From an uncultured Gammaproteobacteria bacterium (GTDB lineage: Bacteria > Patescibacteriota > Patescibacteriia > CAIXNZ01), in NCBI GenBank assembly GCA_964590345.1, contig CAZPVP010000001.1, positions 131,954 to 195,953 of the forward strand: 64,000 bases of DNA, written 5' to 3'. The translations under genes were made by a program, and so were the position numbers. Positions 28,465-39,400 of this stretch are shown here, in pieces. Every line of letters starts with the position of its first letter. Position 1 is the first letter of the stretch. The notes under the pieces are model-generated. The model did no database searches. It saw nothing but the letters and a program-made list of their open reading frames with translations, and was not told where the DNA came from.

Positions 28465-29658
28465 TTACATCATCTTTTTTCTAATAAAAGCTGGTATATC
28501 TAAATCTTCTTCTGACTTTTCTTCATCTTTTTTTGAGCTGGAAATTTTATAATCCTCTTTTTTCTCTTCTTTCTTTTTTGTTTCTTCTTCCTCTTGTTTC
28601 TCAGTTTTTTCTTTTTCGCTCTCTTCAACTAAAAATTGGCTGGGTTTATAAGAAGCAGCTTTTTCTGTAAATGTCTTATTATTTTCATTCTCTTTATTAC
28701 TTTTTATATTTTTATCAAAACCTGTTGCGATTACGGTTAACTTCGCCTCATCGCCCAAGTTTTTATCAATAATTGCTCCAAAAATAATTTTCGCATTCTC
28801 ATCAGCTGAAGCAGTAATTACTTTAGCTGCCTCATTAACTTCGTGCATGCTTAAATCAGGTCCGCCAGCAACAATAAATAAAACGCCTTTAGCGCCATCC
28901 ATAGAAAGCTCCAATAACGGACTGGAAATGGCTGATTTAGCTGCCTCAACCGCTCGACTATCACCATTTGCCTGTCCCATGCCCATTAAAGCCGTGCCTT
29001 GCTCTCTCATGATAGATTTAACATCAGCAAAATCAACATTGATCAAACCAGGTACAGTAACCAAATCTGAAATTCCTTGAATGGCATGTCTCAAAACATC
29101 ATCAACAATAGCAAAAGCTTCCAATAAAGAAGTCTTTTTATCAATTATTTGTAGTAATCTATCATTTTGAACAGTAATTAAAGTATCTACTTTGTCAGAC
29201 AATTGCTCCCAAGCTTTATCAGCGATTTCTTTTCTTTGCGCTCCCTCAAAAGAAAAAGGCTTTGTCACTACAGCGACAGTTAAAGCTCCTAATTCTCTGG
29301 CAATATCGGCAATAACAGGCATACTCCCACTACCAGTGCCGCCGCCCAAACCACAAGTAATAAAAACCATATCAGCATCTTTTAAGACTTCCCTGAGATC
29401 ATTTTGTGATTCTTCAGCAGCTTTAGCCCCTAATTCTGGATCCATGCCTGCGCCAAGACCTCGAGTAACTGTCTTGCCGATATGAAGCTTTTTATTAGCT
29501 TGCGAATAATGCAAATCCTGAACATCAGTATTAACGCTAATAAATTCTACCCCTCTTATTTGCGCATCTATCATTCTGTTTACAGCTGAACAACCGCCGC
29601 CGCCGACTCCCATTATTTTTATCTTGGCAAAAGTTTCTATTTCTGGTTTTATTTCCAT
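28465..29658 (-). CDS. ftsZ: Cell division protein FtsZ
   Basis: GVGGGG, GLGGGTGSG, INVDFADV, C-terminal LDIPAFIR. Confidence 0.98.
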   Translation of the reverse strand: MEIKPEIETFAKIKIMGVGGGGCSAVNRMIDAQIRGVEFISVNTDVQDLHYSQANKKLHIGKTVTRGLGAGMDPELGAKAAEESQNDLREVLKDADMVFITCGLGGGTGSGSMPVIADIARELGALTVAVVTKPFSFEGAQRKEIADKAWEQLSDKVDTLITVQNDRLLQIIDKKTSLLEAFAIVDDVLRHAIQGISDLVTVPGLINVDFADVKSIMREQGTALMGMGQANGDSRAVEAAKSAISSPLLELSMDGAKGVLFIVAGGPDLSMHEVNEAAKVITASADENAKIIFGAIIDKNLGDEAKLTVIATGFDKNIKSNKENENNKTFTEKAASYKPSQFLVEESEKEKTEKQEEEETKKKEEKKEDYKISSSKKDEEKSEEDLDIPAFIRKKMM

Positions 29659-29683
29659 ATGGGTTAGTAAATTGGTTGATTAG

Positions 29684-29705
29684 CCCCAAGGGGGTCCCTT
29701 TGGGA
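29684..29705. repeat. 22-bp GC-rich palindromic element (same family as the tRNA-Pro insertion)
   Basis: CCCCAAGGGGGTCCCTTTGGGA; 20/22 identical to the reverse complement of 63276-63297. Confidence 0.85.
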
Positions 29706-29894
29706 TAAATTAATTTATTAGGTAATGGTTAATCTAATTTTTTATATAAATTTTTCCTTTCCCTAATTTACCAATATACCGATTACCTAATAATCTTATT
29801 TTTATTGTACCATTTATTTAAAATTATGCAAGTCTTTTTTGCACAGCTTTGGACACATTTTTTGTTCATACAAATTTACAAAAAATAAAAGAAT

Positions 29895-31139
29895 TTACGG
29901 CATTAAAGATTTGAACCATTTTTTCATTTTGTTTGTTACGCCTGCTACGCTTTTAAAACGAGAGATGCCTTTACGCTGACCTTTTAATTGGTTTCCCCAT
30001 TTTACTAAGCCTATCGCAGTAGTAAAAGATAAATCATTCACTTTATCAATAACACTAACAATATCATAAGGATAGCCCAAAGAAGCTGGCAACCTTAATT
30101 TCTTCTTCGTTGCTTCAATTATCTTAGGCAATTTAGCGCCTGAACCTGTTAAAATCGCTCCGGCAGGTAAAGCTCCGCTTCTCTCTGTTTTTTTTAGTTC
30201 TTCATCAACTTTTTCCATAATCTCTTCTACGCGAGCTTCAATTATTTCAGCTAAATATTTTTTGCTAATCAAGCCTTCTTCATTTTCATCAAATTCTTTC
30301 AAATCAAATTCATCTTTTTTATCTAATCCTTTAGTCATGGCTATACCATGTTTTAATTTTATCTCTTCAGCTACATCAATAGACGTCCTTAAGCCAATGG
30401 CAATATCAGAAGTAATGTGTTCAGAGCCAATCGGTAAAATTACTGCACTTAACAAATCTCCTTGTTCAAAAACTGCTATACTGGTTGTTGCTCCGCCAAT
30501 ATTAATGACTACAACGCCTAATTCTTTTTGGCGTTTTGTTAAGACTGCCTCACTCGTAGCTAAAACTGATAAAACCAAATCTTCAATATCCAAACCTGTC
30601 TGATAAATGCATTTAGTCAGATTTTTAACCTGGGAGCTTAAACCTTCAATTATATATGTCTCAACTTCCAAACGTACACCGGTCATGCCGATGGGATCCT
30701 TAATATTGGTCTGGCCGTCAACAGTAAAGCTTTTAGGAATAACATGCAAAATTTCATAATTTGGCGGAGTTGTTACTGTCCTGGCTGCTTCAATAGCTCT
30801 TTCCACATCTTCCTCTCTAATTTCGCCGTCAGTTTTTGAAACAGCAACAACGCCCTTGCTGATTTGAGAAGTTATATGACCGCCAGAAATGCTTACCCAG
30901 GCTTGTTCAATGGGCAAACCAATCAATTTCTCTGTTTTATCCAGGGCCTTGCTTACGCTTTCTACTGCGTCTTCAATGCTCGTAATAACTCCTCTGTTAA
31001 TTCCTTCGGCTGCTTCTTCAATTGCGCCGATAATATGTAATTTTTGTTGTTTTTCCTCGCCAATGGTTCTTTGGCCGACTGCAATTTTAACCGATGTTGA
31101 ACCAATGTCAAGACCAACAATTATTTCTTCTTGCGACAT
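29895..31139 (-). CDS. ftsA: Cell division protein FtsA
   Basis: GLDIGS, DPIGMTGVRLEV, NIGGATT, ITSDIAIGL; directly upstream of ftsZ. Confidence 0.97.
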   Translation of the reverse strand: MSQEEIIVGLDIGSTSVKIAVGQRTIGEEKQQKLHIIGAIEEAAEGINRGVITSIEDAVESVSKALDKTEKLIGLPIEQAWVSISGGHITSQISKGVVAVSKTDGEIREEDVERAIEAARTVTTPPNYEILHVIPKSFTVDGQTNIKDPIGMTGVRLEVETYIIEGLSSQVKNLTKCIYQTGLDIEDLVLSVLATSEAVLTKRQKELGVVVINIGGATTSIAVFEQGDLLSAVILPIGSEHITSDIAIGLRTSIDVAEEIKLKHGIAMTKGLDKKDEFDLKEFDENEEGLISKKYLAEIIEARVEEIMEKVDEELKKTERSGALPAGAILTGSGAKLPKIIEATKKKLRLPASLGYPYDIVSVIDKVNDLSFTTAIGLVKWGNQLKGQRKGISRFKSVAGVTNKMKKWFKSLMP

Positions 31140-31149
31140 TTTTTACTTT

Positions 31150-31220
31150 AATTATGAATTATGAATGCCGACCTCCGAATAAATCAACATTTCAGCTTTC
31201 AGCATTCAGATTTCATAATT
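31150..31220. repeat. Inverted degenerate 7-mer arrays
   Basis: AATTATGAATTATGAATGC ... TTTCAGCTTTCAGCATTCAGATTTCATAATT. Confidence 0.65.
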
Positions 31221-31580
31221 CTACTTAAAAATATAAGGTAAAAATATTAAAACGCCTATTATCAAAGCCGCCAAAGCGCCTATAAAAACTAGAGCCGAAC
31301 CCATATCCTTAATATCTTTTACATACTGGTGCATTCTTGGCTTAAGCAAATCAATCAGCCTTTCAAAAACGCTGTTTATAATTTCTAAAATCAAAACCAA
31401 GGCAATAACCAAAATTAATATTATAAACTGCCAAACTGCAATCTGAAAATAAATAGCTAAAACCAAAACAATTATAGTAAAAATCAAATGAATGCGAAAA
31501 TTTTGTTCTTCCCAAAAAACTTTTTTCAAGCCGGCAAAGGCATACTCAAAACTTTTTTTCAATCTTTTTAATTTAACCAT
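31221..31580 (-). CDS. dgkA: Prokaryotic diacylglycerol/undecaprenol kinase (DgkA family)
   Basis: SFEYAFAGL...EQNFRIH, EIINSVFERLID, IKDMGSALV; follows ybeY. Confidence 0.88.
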   Translation of the reverse strand: MVKLKRLKKSFEYAFAGLKKVFWEEQNFRIHLIFTIIVLVLAIYFQIAVWQFIILILVIALVLILEIINSVFERLIDLLKPRMHQYVKDIKDMGSALVFIGALAALIIGVLIFLPYIFK

Positions 31581-32022
31581 AAATTTTATTCATGATTTTA
31601 TCTTGTAATTTTTTCATTTTTAAATAATCCGCCTTTTTTTCATCACCATAACCCAAAAGATGCAAAAATCCATGAATCAATAATAAGCTGAATTCCCTTT
31701 TTAACGATTGGCCATAATTTTTTGCCTGTCTTTTTGCCTGCGGATAGCAAATAAAAATATCACCCAAATAATTATTTTCGGTTTCAGGCAAAATTAGTTC
31801 TTGCCCCTCTTTTTGGCTAAAAGCTAAAACATCTGTAATTTTGTCTTTATTCTTATATTTTTTATTTAACGAACGGATTTTTTTGTCTCCTACTAACAAA
31901 ACGGTTAATTCAAAATCTTTAAAAATTTTTAATTCAGCTGCTGCCCGGCTGATATTTTTTTCTACAAATGCCTGATTAAAAGGGGTTTTGCTTTTACTTT
32001 TATTGTAAAAATTACAAACCAT
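31573..32022 (-). CDS. ybeY: rRNA maturation endoribonuclease YbeY
   Basis: LNKKY...TDVLAF, LGDIFI, HGFLHLLGY. Confidence 0.93.
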   Translation of the reverse strand: MVCNFYNKSKSKTPFNQAFVEKNISRAAAELKIFKDFELTVLLVGDKKIRSLNKKYKNKDKITDVLAFSQKEGQELILPETENNYLGDIFICYPQAKRQAKNYGQSLKREFSLLLIHGFLHLLGYGDEKKADYLKMKKLQDKIMNKIYG

Positions 32023-32034
32023 AAATCTTACAAT

Positions 32035-33099
32035 TTATTCTTCAGCTTCTGCTGGCTGCTCTGCTTCAGCTTGCTCTAATACCAAGAAACTGTTAATCAT
32101 CATCTTAAAAGTGGTTAAAAAATTCACTTTTGTTTTATTGCCAATATTATAGGTAATAATATAGATTGTTGATAAATCGTCTTTATCAGCTAAATAATAA
32201 GTTAACTTATCCGGACTAATCAAAGCGTCATAACCCTTTTTGGTTGTTTCTCTTTCCAGCTGTCTGACATCAGTTGAAGGTGATTGGTCTATATACCATT
32301 CAACTAAATCTAATCCGTTCGGATTATATCCCATTAAAACCTGAATGTATTCACCGGTAGCGGACTGAAAAATAATTTCTGTTAAGCTTTGATCCGTCGG
32401 CCGAGCCAGCCAATTCGCCAAATGCAAAATCTCATAATTAAAGATGGGATTTGTATATTTGTTGACCAAACCTGAAAGTTTCAGCAAAGAAGAACCAGCG
32501 GCTTTTGGATTATAGCCATTAATAATTTCCTGACCGTCAATAAAGCCATCAGCATCTGTATCTGGTTTTCTTTTTTCTGTTCCGTATAATTCTTCTTCCA
32601 CGTCAGTCAGGTCATCTTTATCTGAATCTAAACTGCTTGAATAAGTTATTGGCGAAGGTGGCTGTGGCGCATTAATATTAACATTTTCATTAATGTTCTG
32701 GTTAATATTTTCGTTGGCATTAATATTTTCATCGGCATTTACATTCTCGTTTTCATTAATATTTTCATTAACATTTACATTTTCGTTAATATTTTCGTTT
32801 TCATTTTCGTTTTCATTAATATTTGCTGGCGCTTGCTGATTAAGATTAGCTGGTTGTGAAGGCTGCATCGGCTGTTCTTGGTCCATTTGGCTAATTAAAT
32901 AAAAAGCGCCGAGCGCTACTCCGCCCAAAACTGCCAGTATTATGCCTGTAATTAAAATCCACCGTCCTATGCCTTTTTTCTTAACAGCCAAAAACTTATG
33001 AAATTTTTCCGGCATCACGCGAATTTCATAGGGCTCTACCTTTGGTTTGATTTCTTTTGCTGGCTCTTTTTTTTCTTTTTTGTTTTTACCAAAAAGCAT
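32035..33099 (-). CDS. Single-pass surface protein with (N-x)n linker and DxDxD Ca-binding repeats
   Basis: TM, NINENENENENINENVNVN..., then DSDKDDLTDVEE...DTDADGFIDGQE and a C-terminal domain. Confidence 0.8.
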   Translation of the reverse strand: MLFGKNKKEKKEPAKEIKPKVEPYEIRVMPEKFHKFLAVKKKGIGRWILITGIILAVLGGVALGAFYLISQMDQEQPMQPSQPANLNQQAPANINENENENENINENVNVNENINENENVNADENINANENINQNINENVNINAPQPPSPITYSSSLDSDKDDLTDVEEELYGTEKRKPDTDADGFIDGQEIINGYNPKAAGSSLLKLSGLVNKYTNPIFNYEILHLANWLARPTDQSLTEIIFQSATGEYIQVLMGYNPNGLDLVEWYIDQSPSTDVRQLERETTKKGYDALISPDKLTYYLADKDDLSTIYIITYNIGNKTKVNFLTTFKMMINSFLVLEQAEAEQPAEAEE

Positions 33100-33109
33100 A
33101 AAATTTATT

Positions 33110-33215
33110 AAATTCTAAATTCTAATATCCAAATCCCAAACAATATCTAAATCCAAAATTCTAATGTTTAAAATAAGTATTTAGAATTTAAAATTTATTT
33201 AGGATTTAGAATTTC
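33110..33215. repeat. Inverted degenerate 7-mer arrays (AAATTCT/AAATCCA vs TTAGAAT)
   Basis: AAATTCTAAATTCTAATATCCAAATCCCAAA...TTTAGAATTTAAAATTT...GGATTTAGAATTT. Confidence 0.75.
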
Positions 33216-33227
33216 GTACTTAATGTT

Positions 33228-33959
33228 TTATTCAGTCGGTGGCACCAAAAGCCGGCCCGGACCATTTGGGTCATAACCATTGCGAACTTCTTCTCCGTCA
33301 TTAAAACCATCGCCATCAGTGTCCGGATCAAGCGGATTAGTCCCGTAAATTTCTACTTCTTCCTGATCAAAAAGCCCGTCATTATCAGTATCAGCATTTA
33401 ATGGATTGGTGCCCAAAGCTTCTTCTTCCTCATCAGTCAAACCGTCATTATCACTGTCTACAGCTGGCGCGGCATTAACATTGGCATTGGCATTAGCATT
33501 GGCATTGGCGTTGGCGTTAGCATTGGCATTGGCGTTAATATTGGCATTGGTGTTAACATTGGCATTGGCATTAGCATTGGCATTGGCATTAACATTGGCA
33601 TTGGGTGTTGGCTCTGGCTGCTGAACAAAACTCAAATATGCCAAGACTCCGCCGACAATTAATAAGATAACAATTACCACAATTAAAATAATTAAAATGA
33701 CCCTTTTACTCTTGCCTATTTTTGGCATTTGGGGCGGTTTGGTCGTGCCTTCACCAGCAGCCTTGCCAGCAGCTGGACTGCCAGTATCAATACCGGCAAA
33801 AATATCTTCGGGTTCGCCAGCTGGTTTGGCTGATTCTGGCCGAGGGCTTTGATCTTGCCCGCCAGCTGGTGCTGCTGAAGGGCTTGACCCTGATGGTTGA
33901 GGACCAGATGGTGTCTGCTCTCTTTCTCCCCCTGATCTTTGTTCTGGTTTGTCAAACAT
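33228..33959 (-). CDS. Single-pass surface protein with (NA)n linker and three DxDxDG repeats
   Basis: Pro/Gly-rich N-terminus, [12 protein letters not shown]..., DSDNDGL, DTDNDGL, DTDGDGF. Confidence 0.82.
   Translation of the reverse strand: MFDKPEQRSGGEREQTPSGPQPSGSSPSAAPAGGQDQSPRPESAKPAGEPEDIFAGIDTGSPAAGKAAGEGTTKPPQMPKIGKSKRVILIILIVVIVILLIVGGVLAYLSFVQQPEPTPNANVNANANANANANVNTNANINANANANANANANANANANVNAAPAVDSDNDGLTDEEEEALGTNPLNADTDNDGLFDQEEVEIYGTNPLDPDTDGDGFNDGEEVRNGYDPNGPGRLLVPPTE
33474..33602. repeat. 6-bp coding microsatellite (TTGGCA/TTAGCA) encoding Asn-Ala
   Basis: About 20 degenerate hexamer units. Confidence 0.9.
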
Positions 33960-33996
33960 AAAATAATTTTGTTAATTTTTAAATAAATTTTTTATC

Positions 33997-34533
33997 TTAT
34001 TGGTTTAAAGCTTGAATGCATTCTTCGGTTTGACAAAAATTAATTTGAGTAACCTGACTAACACACCGCTCAATTAAATTATCTATATTTATCTCATAAC
34101 AAGGATCTGCGCTTTTTTCTTCTAAAGCTTTATTTTTATAAACAATAAAAACACACCTGTTTTTGTCTGTTTCATTTTCAATATTTTGGCAAACAGAGCT
34201 GTCTCCCAGATCAACGGCTATTTTTTCAAAACACAAATCGCGCGTACCTGCAGAATCTATCTCATTGCATAATTCAAAATCTTTTTTTTCTAAAGCTGTC
34301 TCATATTTATTAACTTGCTCTAGCCGCTTATTCCTAAGTTCTTCCTGGCTCAAATCTGCTGATTCTGCTGGTTCTGATTTAGGCTCAGACTTTGTTTCTA
34401 AAACTGTTTTTTTAGCTTCTTTTTCATCTTCAAATAATATAGGCACAAAAACAAATACAATAACTAAAATAATAGCTATTATCACGGCTATCAAAATTAA
34501 AATTAATTTGTTTTGGCTGAAAAAATTTGGCAT
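33997..34533 (-). CDS. Membrane-anchored protein with paired-Cys helical repeats
   Basis: N-terminal TM; repeats LCNEI...RDLC, VCQNI...KNRC, PCYEI...IERC. Confidence 0.75.
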   Translation of the reverse strand: MPNFFSQNKLILILIAVIIAIILVIVFVFVPILFEDEKEAKKTVLETKSEPKSEPAESADLSQEELRNKRLEQVNKYETALEKKDFELCNEIDSAGTRDLCFEKIAVDLGDSSVCQNIENETDKNRCVFIVYKNKALEEKSADPCYEINIDNLIERCVSQVTQINFCQTEECIQALNQ

Positions 34534-34550
34534 AAAATAAATTTTAGAAT

Positions 34551-36275
34551 TTAAGATGAAGGCGGAGTATAAGAAATAATTACTGGTTTGGTTAAATCAA
34601 GAATTTCTTGTCCTTCATAAACGCCATCTGGACCTGGTTCTTTTAAAAACCAACTATCTATACCATCAATAAATTTTGGTTCTATTATCATAGACCAGCT
34701 GGTATCTAAATTAGCTATCTCAAACATCCCTCCATCAGTACAACACTTGAACCATTCCCAATCAGCTGGCCAGTCTTTTTCATCATCAGCACTAAATTCA
34801 GAGCCATCGTCATCAGCTACTGCTACTACTGCCATATCCCAACCTGTCCTTGAAAAATCAAACTTAACACGACCACCACCCTCATCTGTTTTATCGTCTA
34901 AAATAATCGTACAATCATTATTTTCACCAATATTTGGCACATCATGAATAAAGCCCAAGCTCATCATATCATCACTACCATCAATATACGCAAAAATATT
35001 GCTGCGATCAGGATAAACCATATCATATTCTACTACATTACTTGAATTCGGACAGCTTGTTGTTGAATCATCACACTCACCCCCATAACAATAAAATCCA
35101 CTAGCACTTTTTTCAGTAACATATGGTCTAATTTTGGCTGAAAAATCAGTCTCTAGCTGAGTAACTTCTAGTTCTACACACGATCCTTTATAATCATAAC
35201 AGTCATCGCAAAGATCACCAATACCGTCCCCATCAACATCATCCTGGTTAGGATTAGAAATTCCTGGACAATTATCCAAAGAATCAGCAACTCCGTCTTC
35301 ATCAGTATCATCAGGAAATGGAAGCCGATAACCATTAAATTTACTGCCCTGCCAAGTCATCTCATCATTTGCGTTAATAACACAAGTATTGCCTTCAACA
35401 TGATTACCATCACTGCAATCAACCACTCTTTCAGTTATACTTACCGACTCATCCTGCGCGCAAAAGCCAATGTCGTCACAATAATCGCCAATACTAATAT
35501 CTTGGTCATTTTTACAGTCAGAATCATAATTATCACATTTCCTGTTATAAACTGTTTTTAATATTCCGCCAGTAACTGCTTGGCCATTGTCAATAGAACT
35601 TGTTATTACCTCAATAAACTTCTTTTCAATAACCTCTGGAGTGCGATCAACAACACACCAGGCATTTAATCTCATTCCTTTGCCAAAAACCGGGGTATCC
35701 ACTTCGCTGTTTAATAAATTTACTGACCGCTTATAATCCCGCATCTCATTGCCCGGAGGCACTACTTTTGGATCTCGCCAGCTGTCTGGCTCATTAAAAT
35801 CATTAATTGCCCAATAAATGCCTTGAGAAAAAAATGGCTGTCCATCAACAATTGATTCATCTAAGCTCGCTTTACAACTGCTATCATCACACTGATATTC
35901 TACTAATGTTAATAATTCTTCCACTGTGGGCAGACGAAACATGCCAGCTGGTTCTAAATCAGCACAAGCATCATAAGCTTCCTGCCAAGTATAGCCGGGC
36001 TCTAATTCTGCTGTTTCTAAATTTTCTGCGCTATCATAATAAGTAGGCAATTCATGACGCGCCCAGACCAAGCCAGTACATTCATCCTTCATGGTTAGGG
36101 CATTAACATTAACATCAACAAAACCAGGACAGTCTTTATCTTTAATCTCTTTAAGATATTCTTTTAACACCCAGTCTGTTTCAACCACTTCAGCCCAAAT
36201 GTTGCAGCCAACAAAGCCAAAACTAATAATAATTATTATTAAAATATAAATTTTAAACCAATGAAAATTTTTCAT
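34551..36275 (-). CDS. Exported protein with DUF1566 (Lcl/C-lectin-like) domain, TSP3 repeat and C-terminal CCTDG domain
   Basis: DECTGLVW...TWQEA...C...FRLPTVEELLTL...YW...WCV; DTDEDGVADSLDNCPGISNPNQDDVDGDGIGDLCD. Confidence 0.8.
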   Translation of the reverse strand: MKNFHWFKIYILIIIIISFGFVGCNIWAEVVETDWVLKEYLKEIKDKDCPGFVDVNVNALTMKDECTGLVWARHELPTYYDSAENLETAELEPGYTWQEAYDACADLEPAGMFRLPTVEELLTLVEYQCDDSSCKASLDESIVDGQPFFSQGIYWAINDFNEPDSWRDPKVVPPGNEMRDYKRSVNLLNSEVDTPVFGKGMRLNAWCVVDRTPEVIEKKFIEVITSSIDNGQAVTGGILKTVYNRKCDNYDSDCKNDQDISIGDYCDDIGFCAQDESVSITERVVDCSDGNHVEGNTCVINANDEMTWQGSKFNGYRLPFPDDTDEDGVADSLDNCPGISNPNQDDVDGDGIGDLCDDCYDYKGSCVELEVTQLETDFSAKIRPYVTEKSASGFYCYGGECDDSTTSCPNSSNVVEYDMVYPDRSNIFAYIDGSDDMMSLGFIHDVPNIGENNDCTIILDDKTDEGGGRVKFDFSRTGWDMAVVAVADDDGSEFSADDEKDWPADWEWFKCCTDGGMFEIANLDTSWSMIIEPKFIDGIDSWFLKEPGPDGVYEGQEILDLTKPVIISYTPPSS

Positions 36276-36402
36276 AAAAAAATATTTAAATTTTTAATTT
36301 CTCTCAATACGGCGGACAAAACAACCTGCCAATCTATTAAAATAAAATTCTAAGAGTAAAATCCATTAGCCACTGCCGAATGCCCAATACCCAATGCCTA
36401 AT

Positions 36403-39400
36403 TTATTCTTCTTCTTTACAATTACAATAAGAATATTCTGAGTTAAAAGGCGCGTATTGGCCAGTGTCAGGATCATAACAATTTCTTTCGCGGTTAACAA
36501 ATTCGTAATCGCAGCCAATATTACCGCGTTTTTCGCAATAATTGCCCTGCGAATCAATATTCATTAAATATCTATTGCCAGCAAAATTAACGTCGTCTTT
36601 TTCTGTAATGTTTAAACCTACTGATTCACAAGCTAAGCCTTTTTCTGCCTGACAAATGTCTTCACAGCTTTTATCATACCCTGAATTAAAGTAACAATCA
36701 TCTTTCTTAAATGTACAGCTGATCTGATCACAATGCAAAAATCCTCCGTCATAACCAAATTCAGTGCATTGGCGGGCTATTTCTTGCTCTAATAAATTAC
36801 CTTCCATATCAACGTAAAACTCACAGCTTTCACCTTCTTCTATAACTCCATTGCCACAAGCTGTGTCTTTTAAACAACGAACTTTAAATTTAGCAGAAGA
36901 AGTCGGATATTCTTCAATGCTGCCGTATTTAAAATTAACAGCTAAAGCTTTGGTGCAGTTATCCTCATCATCTTTTGCCACGCAAGTATTTGACCAATAA
37001 AGGTAATTATCATCCGGGCAATCACTGCATAAATCTGCTTCATTTTCATCATAAGTGCAATTAGCCGGGCATAATCGTAATTTTTCTTTATCTGCATAAA
37101 GCAGGCCTTGCCCTGTCTGCCTGACCAAGCTGTATAATTCTGAAATCGTTGGCATTCTGGTCGCGCCAATACAAGCATTTTCAAGAGCGTTTTGATAATC
37201 CCATTGTGGACGAGAAATATTGTCTGTTGAAGACCAATTAATGCCCGTGCATAAATCTGCAAGATAATAGGTTTCCTGCTCGGTTATAATGGTTACCAAA
37301 TCAGGACATTCACTAATATTTACATCATAAGTAAGACAATCAGTATCAGTAGGATCACAAGCCTCAATCGGAGAAGGTGGGGGTAAAGTATATAATGGTT
37401 CTTTGGTTTTTTCTTTTGAATGATATTTTAAATAAGTTGATATTTCTGGCTGGCATCTGGTTGTTGTTAAATCACAATAATAACTCAAAATGCAGTCACT
37501 ATTGGAACTGCAGCCCATACTGCCTCTAGTGCCCAGGCAACGTCTTGGACCGGCATCACCAAAATTCCTAATCGTACAAGATAAATTAGTATCACAAGTT
37601 AAGCAATTGCTGTTTGTTTCTGGGTCACAAGAGGAAACTGAGGAAGAATCATGGTTGCACTCACCGCCCATTTTTATATGCTGGCAATCAAAAGCACATA
37701 AAGGATCGTCGCCCCAATCGCAAATTTCATAAAGACCTTCTGAATTAGGCCTTTGCACAATGCCATCACCGCAAAAAGTTGCTTGACAAACATCATTGCA
37801 ATTAAAGCTTTGGCAAGTATTATTAGCGCAAAAGCCACCAGCGCCGCAATCAGCATCAGTTGTGCAGCTAAAACCAACCCGGTCATCGCAGTTTTCACCA
37901 AAACCCTCCTGAATTATGCCATCACCGCAATAACCGCCGCGGTACTGGCAAATTTTACCCGTAACCGGATCATTGCCACATTTATACTGCGGCCGGACAC
38001 CATTAACTAAGCTGGTTGTTTCTTCTGGGAACGGCGGTGAATAATTTTTAATATCACATTGTTCGCCAAAATTCGATTGCACAATGCCATCACCGCACCA
38101 GCCGCCATAAGTTTGACAATCGCCTACATCTAACTCTGGTGAAAAAAGCGAAACAGAATAAATAATCGGGTTAATGTCCAAGTCCTGATCTTCATCCAAA
38201 TCAACATTGGAAAAATTATCAAGATAGTCTGGTAAATTTAAATCGGAAAACAGCAGCCAAAAATGATCGCCAACAAAATGCAAATAAATAGTATGCTGGC
38301 CAGCTGTCAAGCCGCCAACTGAAATACTGCCTGATTGAATTTGATTTTCATTGTTAGCTGGCACAACTATAGAGCCTATTTTATTTTCTTCATCATCATC
38401 ATCTAAATATACGCTAAAAATTAAACTGCGCAACAAATTGTTTCTTTGCCCGTCATCAGCAGCAATATCGCCATATTCCGGAATAGAAAGCCCGCCTTCA
38501 GGTGTTAAATTATATAAATTTTCAGTGCCCTCATTTTTCAAAAAGAATAAATAGTCAATTTGCTCATCAGTTAAATTATTTATCTTATCGCCAGAATTAG
38601 CTGTTTGTAATTTAAAGGTGTAATTACCAGCTTCTTCAATATTAAATTCATAACTGACCTTAAACCCGCCCAAGGAAGTTATTGCACTGTCGCTTAAACT
38701 GACACGTTCCGAATCAAGCGGAGGTGAGCAGGAAAAAAAATCTTCTTTATCATGATCATCGGCAAAATTAGTGCATTCAGATCCTGTCTTGTCTAAAATT
38801 TCCCCGGTTTCGCCAATGGCACTTACCCCTGAACACATATATTGCAAACTCTGGATGATTCCGCCCGGACCTCCTTGCTCTGGCCTTTTTAAAGGCGCTG
38901 GTGAAAAACCCAAATCACATTGTTCGCCATACAAAGCTTGCTGAATTTTATCACCGCAATAACCGCCGCAATCAATATCATCAACTTGTGGCGTATATGA
39001 TTGAGGCATATAACCAATCAAGCCAAATTCCTGCCATTCGCATTCCGGGCTGCAGCTTCCGCTGATATTTTCCTCATTATGCCAATCCTGCTCACCATAC
39101 TGCTGATCGCACCAGGATTCATCAGCAGCTAACGGTCGGTTCGGATCACAAGCTTCTCCACAACGCTCCTGCACAAAACCGTCGCCGCATGAACTGGTCC
39201 ATTTGCCTAAATAACAATAAACATTCTTATGTTCTGGAAATTCGCATTCTTCATCCTCTATTACGCCATTATTATTATTGTCAAAACAACCAGCCAAGCA
39301 AGTCCCCGGCTGATAGCATCTATTAGCAAAAAAGCATTGGCCCGGGGAACAGATTTCTTCTTCGGCATATTCCAAACGATAATTTAACAAATAACCATCG

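Noticed and set aside
33406-33624. ORF with an (AL)n hydrophobic run
   Set aside because: It is the antisense reading of the (NA)n coding repeat.
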